DNA of 64,000 nt, taken from Promethearchaeota archaeon. Lineage in GTDB: Archaea > Asgardarchaeota > Lokiarchaeia > Sigyniarchaeales > SOKP01. Shown here piece by piece: positions 10,076 to 19,486 of this stretch. Every line of letters starts with the position of its first letter. Positions within the stretch are counted from its first letter, which is position 1. Position numbers and translations under genes: made by a program. Where the stretch lies: the NCBI GenBank assembly GCA_019058365.1, contig JAHPZE010000002.1, positions 96,001 to 160,000 on the forward strand, in the 5' to 3' direction. Under the pieces are notes generated by a model that saw only the letters and a list, made by a program, of their open reading frames with translations, was not told where the DNA came from and searched no databases.

Positions 10076-10471
10076 ATGCCTATAACTAGTAATAAAATTT
10101 ATTTTTCATCCGATCTAAGTGATAGAGAAAGAGCTTGTTTTGAAACTGGAATTAAATTAGGTGCGTTATACCATATTTTATGTGGAATCCCCATTCAAAG
10201 TGATGAAAATATAATTAATTCGATAGAAAGAGGTATTGAATCAGCAATTTCATGTCAACCTTATGTGAAATCTGTAAAAATTCATTTAAATAGAGAAAAA
10301 ATTTCAGGAAAAAAAAAATCAGAATTTGATTATGATGAGATTACAGGTAAAATAATTCAAGCAGAAATAAAGATCGAATATGAATCTGTTAATGTCTTAG
10401 CAAAAGTAGAATGGGTTGATGAATTAGAATATCCTTTAATGTTTATTGAAAAAATTCTTAAGAAGAGTTAA
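10076..10471 (+). CDS. mptD: Archaeal dihydroneopterin aldolase
   Basis: RERACFETGIKLGALYH...G.P, QPYV, LEYPLM; directly downstream of mptG. Confidence 0.85.
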   Translation: MPITSNKIYFSSDLSDRERACFETGIKLGALYHILCGIPIQSDENIINSIERGIESAISCQPYVKSVKIHLNREKISGKKKSEFDYDEITGKIIQAEIKIEYESVNVLAKVEWVDELEYPLMFIEKILKKS

Positions 10472-11166
10472 ATCTTTAATTTAGTTATATAATTGTTAAC
10501 TAATTCAATAGTTTTTAAAGCTCTTTTATTATATCCAAATCTTTCAATATCGTCAATAGAATCTTTTATTTTTTCATAAATCTTAGAAAATTGAGTTTGG
10601 TTATGATTCTCACTGGCAATCTTTAAGCGAGTTGCTAGTATTATCACTTCTAGAGCCAGATTCTCTGCTCTATTAAATAATTTATGAGTTTCTTGAAGTT
10701 TTTCAGTAAAAATAACATCTAATTTAAACACAGGTACAACAATTTCTCCAAAATTATTATCTTTTGTTTTTTGAAATTCATGTGAAACTTCGCCTACCAA
10801 AAGGCCCCATGCTTTTTTTATATATGGTACATCCATAGCACGAGATTCTATATATTTAAAATCGTAATATTTTGAGGGAAATTCTGTCAAATCAATAGGA
10901 GAATCTGGTTCTTTTAATGCAGCTAGAGCATATAAATATACGTCATTAACAAAATTGATTGCAATTGTATTATACTCCTTCAAATTTTTATAAGTAATAG
11001 TATTGTAGAAAGGAGATATTTGTATTTGTTCTCCGTCTATCATTCTAATGCCCATACAAGAAGCATTGGGCTTAATTTCCTTACCATTTTCTATTATAGA
11101 ATAAGTTGTGGCTATAATTTCATATAAATTGCCCTCTTTTAGTCCAAAATCTTGATAGTTAAACAT
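10468..11166 (-). CDS. DUF447-family protein (split barrel plus helical domain; tetrahydromethanopterin-linked)
   Basis: YEIIATT...PNA.CMG, T..NL, FNRA....LE..I.ATR. Confidence 0.8.
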   Translation of the reverse strand: MFNYQDFGLKEGNLYEIIATTYSIIENGKEIKPNASCMGIRMIDGEQIQISPFYNTITYKNLKEYNTIAINFVNDVYLYALAALKEPDSPIDLTEFPSKYYDFKYIESRAMDVPYIKKAWGLLVGEVSHEFQKTKDNNFGEIVVPVFKLDVIFTEKLQETHKLFNRAENLALEVIILATRLKIASENHNQTQFSKIYEKIKDSIDDIERFGYNKRALKTIELVNNYITKLKI

Positions 11167-11235
11167 TTTAACCCATTTATGAGAGTATGTATTTTACTTC
11201 TTGCTCTAAAATATATTCTTCTCTAAAGTTAAAAT

Positions 11236-12114
11236 TTAAAGAGTAAAATTATTTACCTTAGGTTTTGTTTCAATTTCGGGATAAATTTTACCGACTATAG
11301 GTGGAGAACTATTATATATCTCTTCAATATTTACTAATCCATATTCAACATTTTCAACCGAATGAATACCTGTAAAGGTTCCTTTCACTACTTGGCTAGC
11401 CATATCGAAATTAGCGCCAATTACAGCAACTTTTGAATTATCAGGAATCTTTAAGAAATCCTCCTTTAAAGTGGTTAATGGAAAATAAAGCCTATTGTGG
11501 TCAACAGCATTTAATTGAAGATGTGGAATAATTATAGGATATCCATCAGAAGGATCGATAAATGCTATAGCTCTTATACCTATTTTATCTGTAAAAAGCT
11601 TATATCCTATAACATTTAGCCTTTTTTCTTCTAAATTAGTTTTTGCTTCTTTAGTAATAGCTTTAATTATTTTTCTAGGGATACCACCAGGGGGCAAATC
11701 TCTAATAGGAGTAACACCGATAATTTTATTATAAAATACTTTATACACGTTAAAATATGTGAAATAGCGAAAAAAATCAGAATTATTAAAATATTCGAGG
11801 TCTTCTCCTTCTGCTTTTGTATGGGTAAAATCAGCTTTAGCTTGGATAAACTTAAATGGAGCTTCAGCAGTCATATAGAAAAGACCTTGCTTAGGATTTT
11901 TTTGTACGTATTCTTTGCTAGATCCTGCGAAGAACTGACCCCATACTATTTGATCTCTACTCTTAGCTCGATTTGATGTAATAATTGTAAGATGAGGCCA
12001 ACCACGTGAATCTATTGTTGAAATTAATTTTACCATTATGTCTGGTTGAGTAAATTCTATAAGCTCATCTGAAAATTCAGAGAACCAACTAAATTTTTTG
12101 TTATCTTCACTCAT
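11236..12114 (-). CDS. Tandem pyridoxamine 5'-phosphate oxidase-like (split beta-barrel) protein
   Basis: Two repeats of the K/R.I(S/A)..D..G(W/Y)P motif (STIDSRGWPH; AFIDPSDGYPII). Confidence 0.65.
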   Translation of the reverse strand: MSEDNKKFSWFSEFSDELIEFTQPDIMVKLISTIDSRGWPHLTIITSNRAKSRDQIVWGQFFAGSSKEYVQKNPKQGLFYMTAEAPFKFIQAKADFTHTKAEGEDLEYFNNSDFFRYFTYFNVYKVFYNKIIGVTPIRDLPPGGIPRKIIKAITKEAKTNLEEKRLNVIGYKLFTDKIGIRAIAFIDPSDGYPIIIPHLQLNAVDHNRLYFPLTTLKEDFLKIPDNSKVAVIGANFDMASQVVKGTFTGIHSVENVEYGLVNIEEIYNSSPPIVGKIYPEIETKPKVNNFTL

Positions 12115-12159
12115 AATTTATCAAGTCTTTTATTTTATTTAAATTCTTAATTGAATATA

Positions 12160-13167
12160 TCAACATGATCGTATTTTTAAATTATGATCGTTATTAGTAT
12201 CCACTTTATATTTTTCATCTCTTTTTGTTAATCCAGACCACTTAGGATTTGTAACGCCTGTAGTTTCTGCAATTTTAATAAAATGTACCATTTCTTCATT
12301 TTTCATTAAAGGTTCCTCTTTTAAAAGCCATTCCATATCTAATCTTTCATATTTCGAAAGGCAAAGATTATTAAAAGAAAGAAGATCCCATCTATCAGGA
12401 AAATTTTCTAATTTATTAACAATAAACTCACCGATTCCTTTGATATTCTCTTCTGTTGCTGTATAATGAGGGATAATTGGAGTTCTAATCCATATTTTTT
12501 TATTTCTTTTTTTCAAATAGTTCGAAATCCAAATAGCATTTTCAAGTATTAATTCATTAGGAACTCCTGTATATTCTTTATGCTTATTAGAATCTATGTG
12601 TTTTAAATCTAGTAAGACTAAATCGACATAAGGTAAAATCAATTCAAAAACCTTTTTAGAAGCATATCCACAAGTATCTAAAGCAGTAGAAATTCCGTTG
12701 GCTTTACATTTTTTTAAAAATTCAACAACAAAATCAGGTTGTTGTGTTGGTTCACCACCAGAAACAGTTATTCCTCCTTTAGATTTCGTATAATAAACTT
12801 TATCTTTTTCTATTTCATAAAAGAGATCATCTAATTTCCACCATTGACCTAACATATTTAATGCTGTAGAAGGACATTCGTCAACGCATAAATTGCATCC
12901 ATTACACTTATTTCTGTCAATATTTAGACCATCCCTATCAAATGTTAACGCATTTTCTGGGCATGTTTCTATACACGTATTGCATCCAATACACTTATGT
13001 TTAAACCATTCAAGTTGAGGTAGTTTAAGTATAGATTCAGGATTATGACACCAAACGCATTTTAACGGACATTGTTTTAAAAAAACGGTTGTTCGAATGC
13101 CAGGGCCATCTTCTGTTGAAAATTTTTGAATTTGAAATACTAAAGCTTCAGATGCAACCATTATCAT
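12160..13167 (-). CDS. Glycyl-radical enzyme activating enzyme (radical SAM with 2x[4Fe-4S] ferredoxin insert)
   Basis: DGPGIRTTVF, CPLKCVWC, two CxxCxxCxxxC motifs, SGGEP, DTCG. Confidence 0.95.
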   Translation of the reverse strand: MIMVASEALVFQIQKFSTEDGPGIRTTVFLKQCPLKCVWCHNPESILKLPQLEWFKHKCIGCNTCIETCPENALTFDRDGLNIDRNKCNGCNLCVDECPSTALNMLGQWWKLDDLFYEIEKDKVYYTKSKGGITVSGGEPTQQPDFVVEFLKKCKANGISTALDTCGYASKKVFELILPYVDLVLLDLKHIDSNKHKEYTGVPNELILENAIWISNYLKKRNKKIWIRTPIIPHYTATEENIKGIGEFIVNKLENFPDRWDLLSFNNLCLSKYERLDMEWLLKEEPLMKNEEMVHFIKIAETTGVTNPKWSGLTKRDEKYKVDTNNDHNLKIRSC

Positions 13168-13197
13168 ATATAATAATTTTTAAAATAATTAAGATTT

Positions 13198-15705
13198 TTA
13201 CATATTATGCGATTCTCGTGCAATAATTTCGTTTTGCAATTCACGTCCTATAGCAGTGAAATATGCATTATAACCTGTAACTCTGACTAAAAGATTCTTA
13301 TAATTTTCAGGATGCTTTTGAGCGTCTCGCAACATTTCAGCATCAAGCATATTGATTTGTAGAGAAGTTCCTCCATTTTCTATATAACCTCGTAAATAAG
13401 CTTTAAATTTCTCTTTGTGTTCTGGAGCTTTAATAATAGATGGATTAAATGTAATTGTATGACTAGCGCCATTTGGTAAGTAATTAATATATTCTCCTGA
13501 TTCGTTTTTACCACCTATAGCTTTTCCAACTGAATTAGTAACAGCTGTTGGGCCTTTTACATCAACTCCATTAGTAGGACAAATTGCGTTTGATAGGAAA
13601 GTTCCTTTATATCTACCGTTTGGTGTCGCTATGGTATTTCCTGCATCAGCACCAGCCCAATAATTCCATGAAAGCATTCCTGGACGATATTGATAATCAG
13701 TTAGAGTTTTATATTTCCAACATTCTTCTGTCCATGTTTCCATAATCGTCCTAGCAAGTTCATCAGCATCATCCATATCATTACCATATTTAGGAGCTTT
13801 ATTTTTTAAGTAAGTGTGCATAATTTCATAATCCTTACCTTCATAATTATTTTGTAAAGCGTCTTTAATTTGTGAAATTGCATATTTTTTATCTTCATAA
13901 ACAAGTTTTTTAATTGATAATAATGAATCAACTGTTGTGGCAAATCCAACGCCTTCAATAGTTACAAATCGTAACTCAGGGCCTCCATTTCTAATATCTA
14001 GACCCTTTTCTATACACCCTCGAACAATACTAGATAAATATGGAGTAGGAAGAAATTTTCCCCGAAGTTCTTCACACATATCATTTAAATCTACGGCGTA
14101 TTTAATAATAAATTGGATTTGTTTTTTCCATGCACTCCAAAATTCTTCCCAATTATTGAAATTCTCGGGATCTCCTGTTTCTGGTCCAATTTGTTCATCG
14201 GCTTTAGTTACAATCTCATTTCCTGGCATGTTTTTACCATTCCACAATGTTAATTCAATACTTTTTGTTAGGTTAGGATTACAATTAACAGTGCTTGATC
14301 GATCATTTCCCTGCATAGTATTCTCCAAACACCCTACTACTCCATAATCCCAAGCCTCATGTTTCGGGATTCCTTCCCTTATCATTCCGGCAATACTTCT
14401 TTCATCAAAATTTAATAAAAAAGGAGAACCTTGAGCTCTAGCAATCATATCAATAATTTTGTTTAATAATTTTTCAGAGGAATTTCTATGCAATCTAACG
14501 TTTGGTTTCGGTTCCAAGATTGGATACCACTCATCTATTACTTCCAGAAAGGTATAAGTTAATTCATTTGTTAAATCCTCTCCATTTTGTCCACATCCAG
14601 ATAATGTAATTATTTGACCAAATCCTGATGTAATACCTTGTTTTCCAGCATTTATCATCGCATCATATGCAGTATTACAATGGAACCAAAAACTCCCTAA
14701 TATCTCTTTTACGAAGTTTTTGGCAATAGTTTTATCATTAAGTACATCCTTTTTATATAAGGACCATAAATATTGATCTATTCGACCAAAAGAAAGCCCC
14801 GGTCCAGGATAAGATTCTTCCGCCATTACAAGCATATGAGTAAGCCATACAGCTTGAATTCCTTGCCAGAAAGTTTCTGAGGGTTCCCATGGGACATGCT
14901 CCAAATTTTTAGCCATTTCTTCAAGCTCTTCTCCACGTTCATAAGTTGGAACTTTATTTTTTAATCTTCTACATTCTTCAGCATATTTTTTTGCCAATTT
15001 CCTCGGAATTTCTGCTGTCATCATGATTGCTCTAAGTTCTTGTCCTTTTGGTCCTAATTTTTCTTCTTCACTAAATTTGGAATAACTGTCTTTTGCTTTC
15101 TTATAAATATATTTAAATCCCTTTTTAACAACTGTCTCATAGTCAGGAATTATATGTCCCCCGATTGCCCCGAGATTTCCAAATCCAGATTTATGAAATT
15201 GAAAGATAGCCTCTCTATTTCTAATATTTTTTTTCCAATATTCCTTTGCTTCATCTTGATTAAAACACTTACTCAATTGAGTATTAAATCTAGAACCGGC
15301 TAATAAACTTGGACCTACTATTTCCTGGGGAATATAATTTAACATTACTTCTTCAAGAAATTTTATTCTGCGTTCTGGTAAAGATAACTTCCAAAAATTA
15401 TCTGGTAATTTAACATCTGAAGCCATTGATCTAAAAGAAGAAGCTAAAACTCCTTTGTCGTTTTTTCCTAATACCTGTATATAACTATAGATTTCTGGGA
15501 CGATATAGTAATCACCTTCGTAAAGAATTATATCCCAATCAGTTCCAGTTGTAAATGGCATGAATTGATTATTCCATTCTCGATCTAAACCCTTAAAATA
15601 ATAGTCTCTAAGCCATTTAGAGCGAGGAGAAAGATCATGAGGTTCTGCAATAGGAAATTTTGGTACTTGTTCTTGGTAAACATTATTCTCATTGATTTTA
15701 CTCAT
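13198..15705 (-). CDS. Glycyl-radical enzyme, non-PFL type, substrate unknown
   Basis: C-terminal LLVRVTGYNAYF Gly loop; single-Cys GCLE finger loop; FGRIDQYL. Confidence 0.9.
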   Translation of the reverse strand: MSKINENNVYQEQVPKFPIAEPHDLSPRSKWLRDYYFKGLDREWNNQFMPFTTGTDWDIILYEGDYYIVPEIYSYIQVLGKNDKGVLASSFRSMASDVKLPDNFWKLSLPERRIKFLEEVMLNYIPQEIVGPSLLAGSRFNTQLSKCFNQDEAKEYWKKNIRNREAIFQFHKSGFGNLGAIGGHIIPDYETVVKKGFKYIYKKAKDSYSKFSEEEKLGPKGQELRAIMMTAEIPRKLAKKYAEECRRLKNKVPTYERGEELEEMAKNLEHVPWEPSETFWQGIQAVWLTHMLVMAEESYPGPGLSFGRIDQYLWSLYKKDVLNDKTIAKNFVKEILGSFWFHCNTAYDAMINAGKQGITSGFGQIITLSGCGQNGEDLTNELTYTFLEVIDEWYPILEPKPNVRLHRNSSEKLLNKIIDMIARAQGSPFLLNFDERSIAGMIREGIPKHEAWDYGVVGCLENTMQGNDRSSTVNCNPNLTKSIELTLWNGKNMPGNEIVTKADEQIGPETGDPENFNNWEEFWSAWKKQIQFIIKYAVDLNDMCEELRGKFLPTPYLSSIVRGCIEKGLDIRNGGPELRFVTIEGVGFATTVDSLLSIKKLVYEDKKYAISQIKDALQNNYEGKDYEIMHTYLKNKAPKYGNDMDDADELARTIMETWTEECWKYKTLTDYQYRPGMLSWNYWAGADAGNTIATPNGRYKGTFLSNAICPTNGVDVKGPTAVTNSVGKAIGGKNESGEYINYLPNGASHTITFNPSIIKAPEHKEKFKAYLRGYIENGGTSLQINMLDAEMLRDAQKHPENYKNLLVRVTGYNAYFTAIGRELQNEIIARESHNM

Positions 15706-15957
15706 TACTATAAACCTTTAAAATCTTAATAATAATATATAATTTTAAATATCTTATTAATTTAAGAAATCTTCTTCTAATTTTAATTAAATCAACTACT
15801 TTTTTAAAATTATAAATTATATTTAATAATAATTTATGCAAAAAGGAATATTTACTTTTATAAAAAAAAATTAGATAAGTAGAATCTTTTAAGCATCTTA
15901 TTTGAATAATATTGAATTAAAAGGAAATTTATCAAGAAAAAGATGATTTTTTTCTTA

Positions 15958-17490
15958 TTAAAATCCAGAATCTCTTTTTGGAAATCTACTTCGAGTTATT
16001 GAATACTCATGGAACAATTTATCTAAAATTTCTAGCCTTTTCTCTTTTTCTTTTTCCCATAAATTATACAATTCTGCCTTATCATTCTTTCTGTTGAAAA
16101 GATCCCCATATCCTGGTAATTCGGCATATTTGGTTAACTTATAATCTTTAGTTATTAAATGAACTATTCTCGTATATAAAGGGCCATATGGACCTACTTC
16201 CTCATCTTCAGTGATGAGAATAGAATCTCTTAATTCCACTTTAGGATCTTTCAAAACAGGTGACATGTCGTAACCTTGCATTCCGGGGGGTCTATATCTT
16301 TCTCTGATGTTAAGTAATTCAAGAATTGTTTTAGGTAAATCTACTGAACTAATTAATGCATCAGAAACAGCAGGCTTAGTGACTCCTGGAACTTTCCAAA
16401 CCAAAGGAACCTGCAAAGTACCGTTGAAGGGAGAGATTCCTTTTAATATTAAACTATGGTCCCCCATATAATCTCCGTGATCAGATGTGAAAACAACCAT
16501 TGTATTATCTGATAAACCAAGCTTTTCCAATGAAGCTAAAATTTGACCTACTGCGTGATCTATTAAAGAAACAGAACCATAACTAAGAGCAATAAACTTT
16601 TTAATATTTTCTTCTGTTTCTTCCCGTAACATCGCACCTCTAACAGGAGGGTGTTCTAAATATTGTTTTAAATAAGGGTGTTTATACAAATTCTCTATAT
16701 TATGAACATTATCGGGGATTATCATATCCTCTGGTTTATACATATCCCAATACTTTCCTGGCGGAGAAACTGGTTGATGGGGATCAGGAAATGAACAATG
16801 CAAAAAGAAAGGTTTTTTTCCATAATCTCCATTACCATATTTTTCTAAAAATGCGATAGTCTTATTCTGGATATAGGTAGTATTATAAAGTTCTAATGGA
16901 ACCCAATTTTCATAAAAAACTTCTAAAGCTGGGACTTTTGTATTATATTCCTGTATTATTTTTTTTGCGAGTTTAGGATTTTTCTCCTCAACCCATTCAA
17001 GATAATGGCCTAAACACGTATTTCCATGTCCAACTACTAAATCAACCTCTTCAAACCCATAATAAGGTATTGGAAAATTCTTATGAGTTAAATAGGCTCC
17101 TTTGGGATTTTTAACCTTCCAATCCTGAAAGTCTTCTGCAGATTTCGTCTTAGGATCGTATCGAGGCGTCCACGTATTATAATGAGTTTTTCCTATACTA
17201 ATTGTATTATATCCTTTCTTAACTAATGATTGAGTTATTGTTGGTATCTGTTTTGGCAGATTAATTCCATTACTTCTAACACCATGTACATTAGGATAAT
17301 ATCCAGTTAATAAAGTAGCTCTATTTGGCATACACATTGGGCAGACAGTGAAAGCATTAGAAAATCTTACACCTTCTTTAGCAAGCAAATCAATATTGGG
17401 TGTACTAATAATAGGATTACCATAACAATGTAACATATCAGCACGTTGCTGATCTGTAATAATAAAAAGGACATTCATTTTTTCACTCAT
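15958..17490 (-). CDS. Cys-type (formylglycine-dependent) sulfatase
   Basis: ITDQQR, TPNID.LA..G, CMPNRATLLTG, GKTH, PDPH, SDHG. Confidence 0.92.
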   Translation of the reverse strand: MSEKMNVLFIITDQQRADMLHCYGNPIISTPNIDLLAKEGVRFSNAFTVCPMCMPNRATLLTGYYPNVHGVRSNGINLPKQIPTITQSLVKKGYNTISIGKTHYNTWTPRYDPKTKSAEDFQDWKVKNPKGAYLTHKNFPIPYYGFEEVDLVVGHGNTCLGHYLEWVEEKNPKLAKKIIQEYNTKVPALEVFYENWVPLELYNTTYIQNKTIAFLEKYGNGDYGKKPFFLHCSFPDPHQPVSPPGKYWDMYKPEDMIIPDNVHNIENLYKHPYLKQYLEHPPVRGAMLREETEENIKKFIALSYGSVSLIDHAVGQILASLEKLGLSDNTMVVFTSDHGDYMGDHSLILKGISPFNGTLQVPLVWKVPGVTKPAVSDALISSVDLPKTILELLNIRERYRPPGMQGYDMSPVLKDPKVELRDSILITEDEEVGPYGPLYTRIVHLITKDYKLTKYAELPGYGDLFNRKNDKAELYNLWEKEKEKRLEILDKLFHEYSITRSRFPKRDSGF

Positions 17491-17589
17491 ACTATTTACC
17501 TAAAAATGGCTTAACGAATAAATATATTTTTTTTATTATAATTAAAAAAAATAAAAATGGAAAATAAGGTTTTCAATCTAAAATTTTTA

Positions 17590-18120
17590 TTATTTTAATC
17601 TTACCTCTGAGAGATGAAGATGATCTGTTTCTACTTCTACAAAAGCTTTAAATATTTGCTTTACTCGAGTATTTTTTGCTTCAGCTGCCGCTTGGCTATA
17701 GAATTTTATAGCTCTATCTTCTCTTGAATGAGATTCTTCCAGATTTGGTTTATATTTCGCTGCACATTTATCATATTTAGGAAATTCAACTTTATCTAGC
17801 TTGAGTATTTTTTTCCAAACTGATGCGTGTTCCCCCTCAACCTTAGCAAGAATTTTAAAAATTTTTTGACCATCTAATTCTGGAGTCTTATTGCTCGCAC
17901 ATTTATAAAAGATATTATTCGATATTTCGACTTCTAAAGCCTTTTCTACATTAGTCTTATCTTTTTCATTTAATTCAACATCCCAAGCACCTGCATCATC
18001 ATATTGTGTTGATTCTACAAAATATTTTTTAAATGCGCCACAAAAAGGGCATCGACTAGGTGCTTCTTCTCCAATATACGCTTCTCCACATATCTTACAT
18101 ACAAATACTTTAACAAAAAT
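17590..18120 (-). CDS. Rubredoxin-like + ferritin-like (reverse rubrerythrin-type) protein; no canonical start, missed by ORF track
   Basis: Manual translation: (I)FVKVFVCKICGEAYIGEEAPSRCPFCGA...ALEVE..N..FY...EGEH...E..A.KFY...EVETDH...RLK*. Open from ATT at 18120 to TAA at 17590, with CxxC/CxxC and two ExxH motifs. Confidence 0.85.
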   Translation of the reverse strand: MFVKVFVCKICGEAYIGEEAPSRCPFCGAFKKYFVESTQYDDAGAWDVELNEKDKTNVEKALEVEISNNIFYKCASNKTPELDGQKIFKILAKVEGEHASVWKKILKLDKVEFPKYDKCAAKYKPNLEESHSREDRAIKFYSQAAAEAKNTRVKQIFKAFVEVETDHLHLSEVRLK

Positions 18121-18212
18121 TTTTTTTCACTACTTTTATAATTAATTTTTTTCCTATTATTTAACAAAAATTTTTTTTCACTACTTTTATAATTAATTTT
18201 TTTCCTATTATT
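18111..18212. repeat. Perfect 51-bp tandem duplication
   Basis: taacaaaaattttttttcactacttttataattaatttttttcctattatt occurs at 18111-18161 and 18162-18212. Confidence 0.9.
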
Positions 18213-18391
18213 TTCTTACAACTTAGTATAAGAGTTCAAATTTAGATTAAATTATTAAAATTTTCACAGTTTTTATAGTTTTAAGTTAATTTCTAAAAAC
18301 ATTATGCGTTAAATGCAATTATTAAAAAAAAATAGAATATAAAAAGAATTATAGAATCTTTTAAAATGCATTAATTTATTTAATCTTTGAA

Positions 18392-19486
18392 ATGATTTAT
18401 CGAGTTCTAGGCATAGATCCTGGTAGTCTATCATGGGATTTCTTCGGTTTGGAGGATAATAAAACAATTCTTGACACATCTTTACCCACTAAAGAACTAA
18501 TTGCTAATCCTCAGAAAGCTATTACTATAATTAATTCTGTAAAAAATATTGATCTAATGGTTGCTCCAAGTGGGTTTGGGCTTCCTTTAAAAGATGTACA
18601 AGAGTTAACAGAGCAAGATATTTTTTTTACGTTATTGAAATTTGATCAGAAAGAAAAAAACAAATTAATCGGTCTTGGTGAGGTTTTAAGACTTATAAAA
18701 GCTCAAAAGATACCTGGCATCATTGTACCTGGAGTTAAACATTTACCTACTGTTCCAAAGTATCGAAAAATTAATAAAATTGATATGGGTACGGCAGATA
18801 AAATTTGCACAGCTGTTACTGGAATTAAAGACCAAATGGAAAGATTTGAAGTTGGTCCAGAAAATACAAATTTTATTATGGTTGAGATAGGTTATGGGTT
18901 TACAGCAGTTTTAGCAATTGAAAATGGTCAAATTATTGATGGAATTGGAGGAAGTAATATAATGGGTTTTAGAGCTTGTGGCAGTCTTGATGGAGAATTA
19001 GCCTATCTAATTAAAAATATTCATAAAAAAAATATATATAAAGGTGGAGTAGCCTATATTTCAGGCTATTCCGATTTGAGTTTGAAAGAAATTACACTTT
19101 TAGCCGAGAAGGATGAACAAACTAAGATTGCTCTAAAAGCTTATTTATCAAGCGTGAAAAAAGCTGTTTTTGGAATATCTTCGTCTTTTTCATCCAAAGA
19201 AAAAATTAAAGAAGTAATGTTGGCGGGGAGAGGATCAAATTTAGCATATATTCGAGAGAAAATGATTCGTGGTTTAAATGATGTTGCCCCTGTAAGAATA
19301 ATGAATTCATATAGTCAAATAGCAAAACGTGCTGCTCAAGGCGCAGCCTTTATTGCCAATGGAATATTAGGTGGTAGATTCGAACCAATTATTAATAATT
19401 TAAAAATTAAAGAAGCTAATGGTTCTATTTTAGATGATATTTTTATTCCATTCGAAAAAGAAAAACTGATAAGTGATTTAGATTAG
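18392..19486 (+). CDS. DUF1464-family (butyrate-kinase-like ASKHA) protein
   Basis: GIDPGS.S.D, PSGFG.P, PGV.HLPTVP.YRK.NKIDMGTADK, AAQGAA.IANG. Confidence 0.85.
   Translation: MIYRVLGIDPGSLSWDFFGLEDNKTILDTSLPTKELIANPQKAITIINSVKNIDLMVAPSGFGLPLKDVQELTEQDIFFTLLKFDQKEKNKLIGLGEVLRLIKAQKIPGIIVPGVKHLPTVPKYRKINKIDMGTADKICTAVTGIKDQMERFEVGPENTNFIMVEIGYGFTAVLAIENGQIIDGIGGSNIMGFRACGSLDGELAYLIKNIHKKNIYKGGVAYISGYSDLSLKEITLLAEKDEQTKIALKAYLSSVKKAVFGISSSFSSKEKIKEVMLAGRGSNLAYIREKMIRGLNDVAPVRIMNSYSQIAKRAAQGAAFIANGILGGRFEPIINNLKIKEANGSILDDIFIPFEKEKLISDLD

Noticed and set aside
18121-18135. Selenocysteine readthrough of the in-frame TGA upstream of the rubrerythrin-like ORF
   Set aside because: The next upstream codon is TAG, and the position is not a Cys-equivalent site.
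18111-18212. 51-bp repeat as a CRISPR array or IS end
   Set aside because: Two directly abutting copies with no spacer, and no cas or transposase gene nearby.
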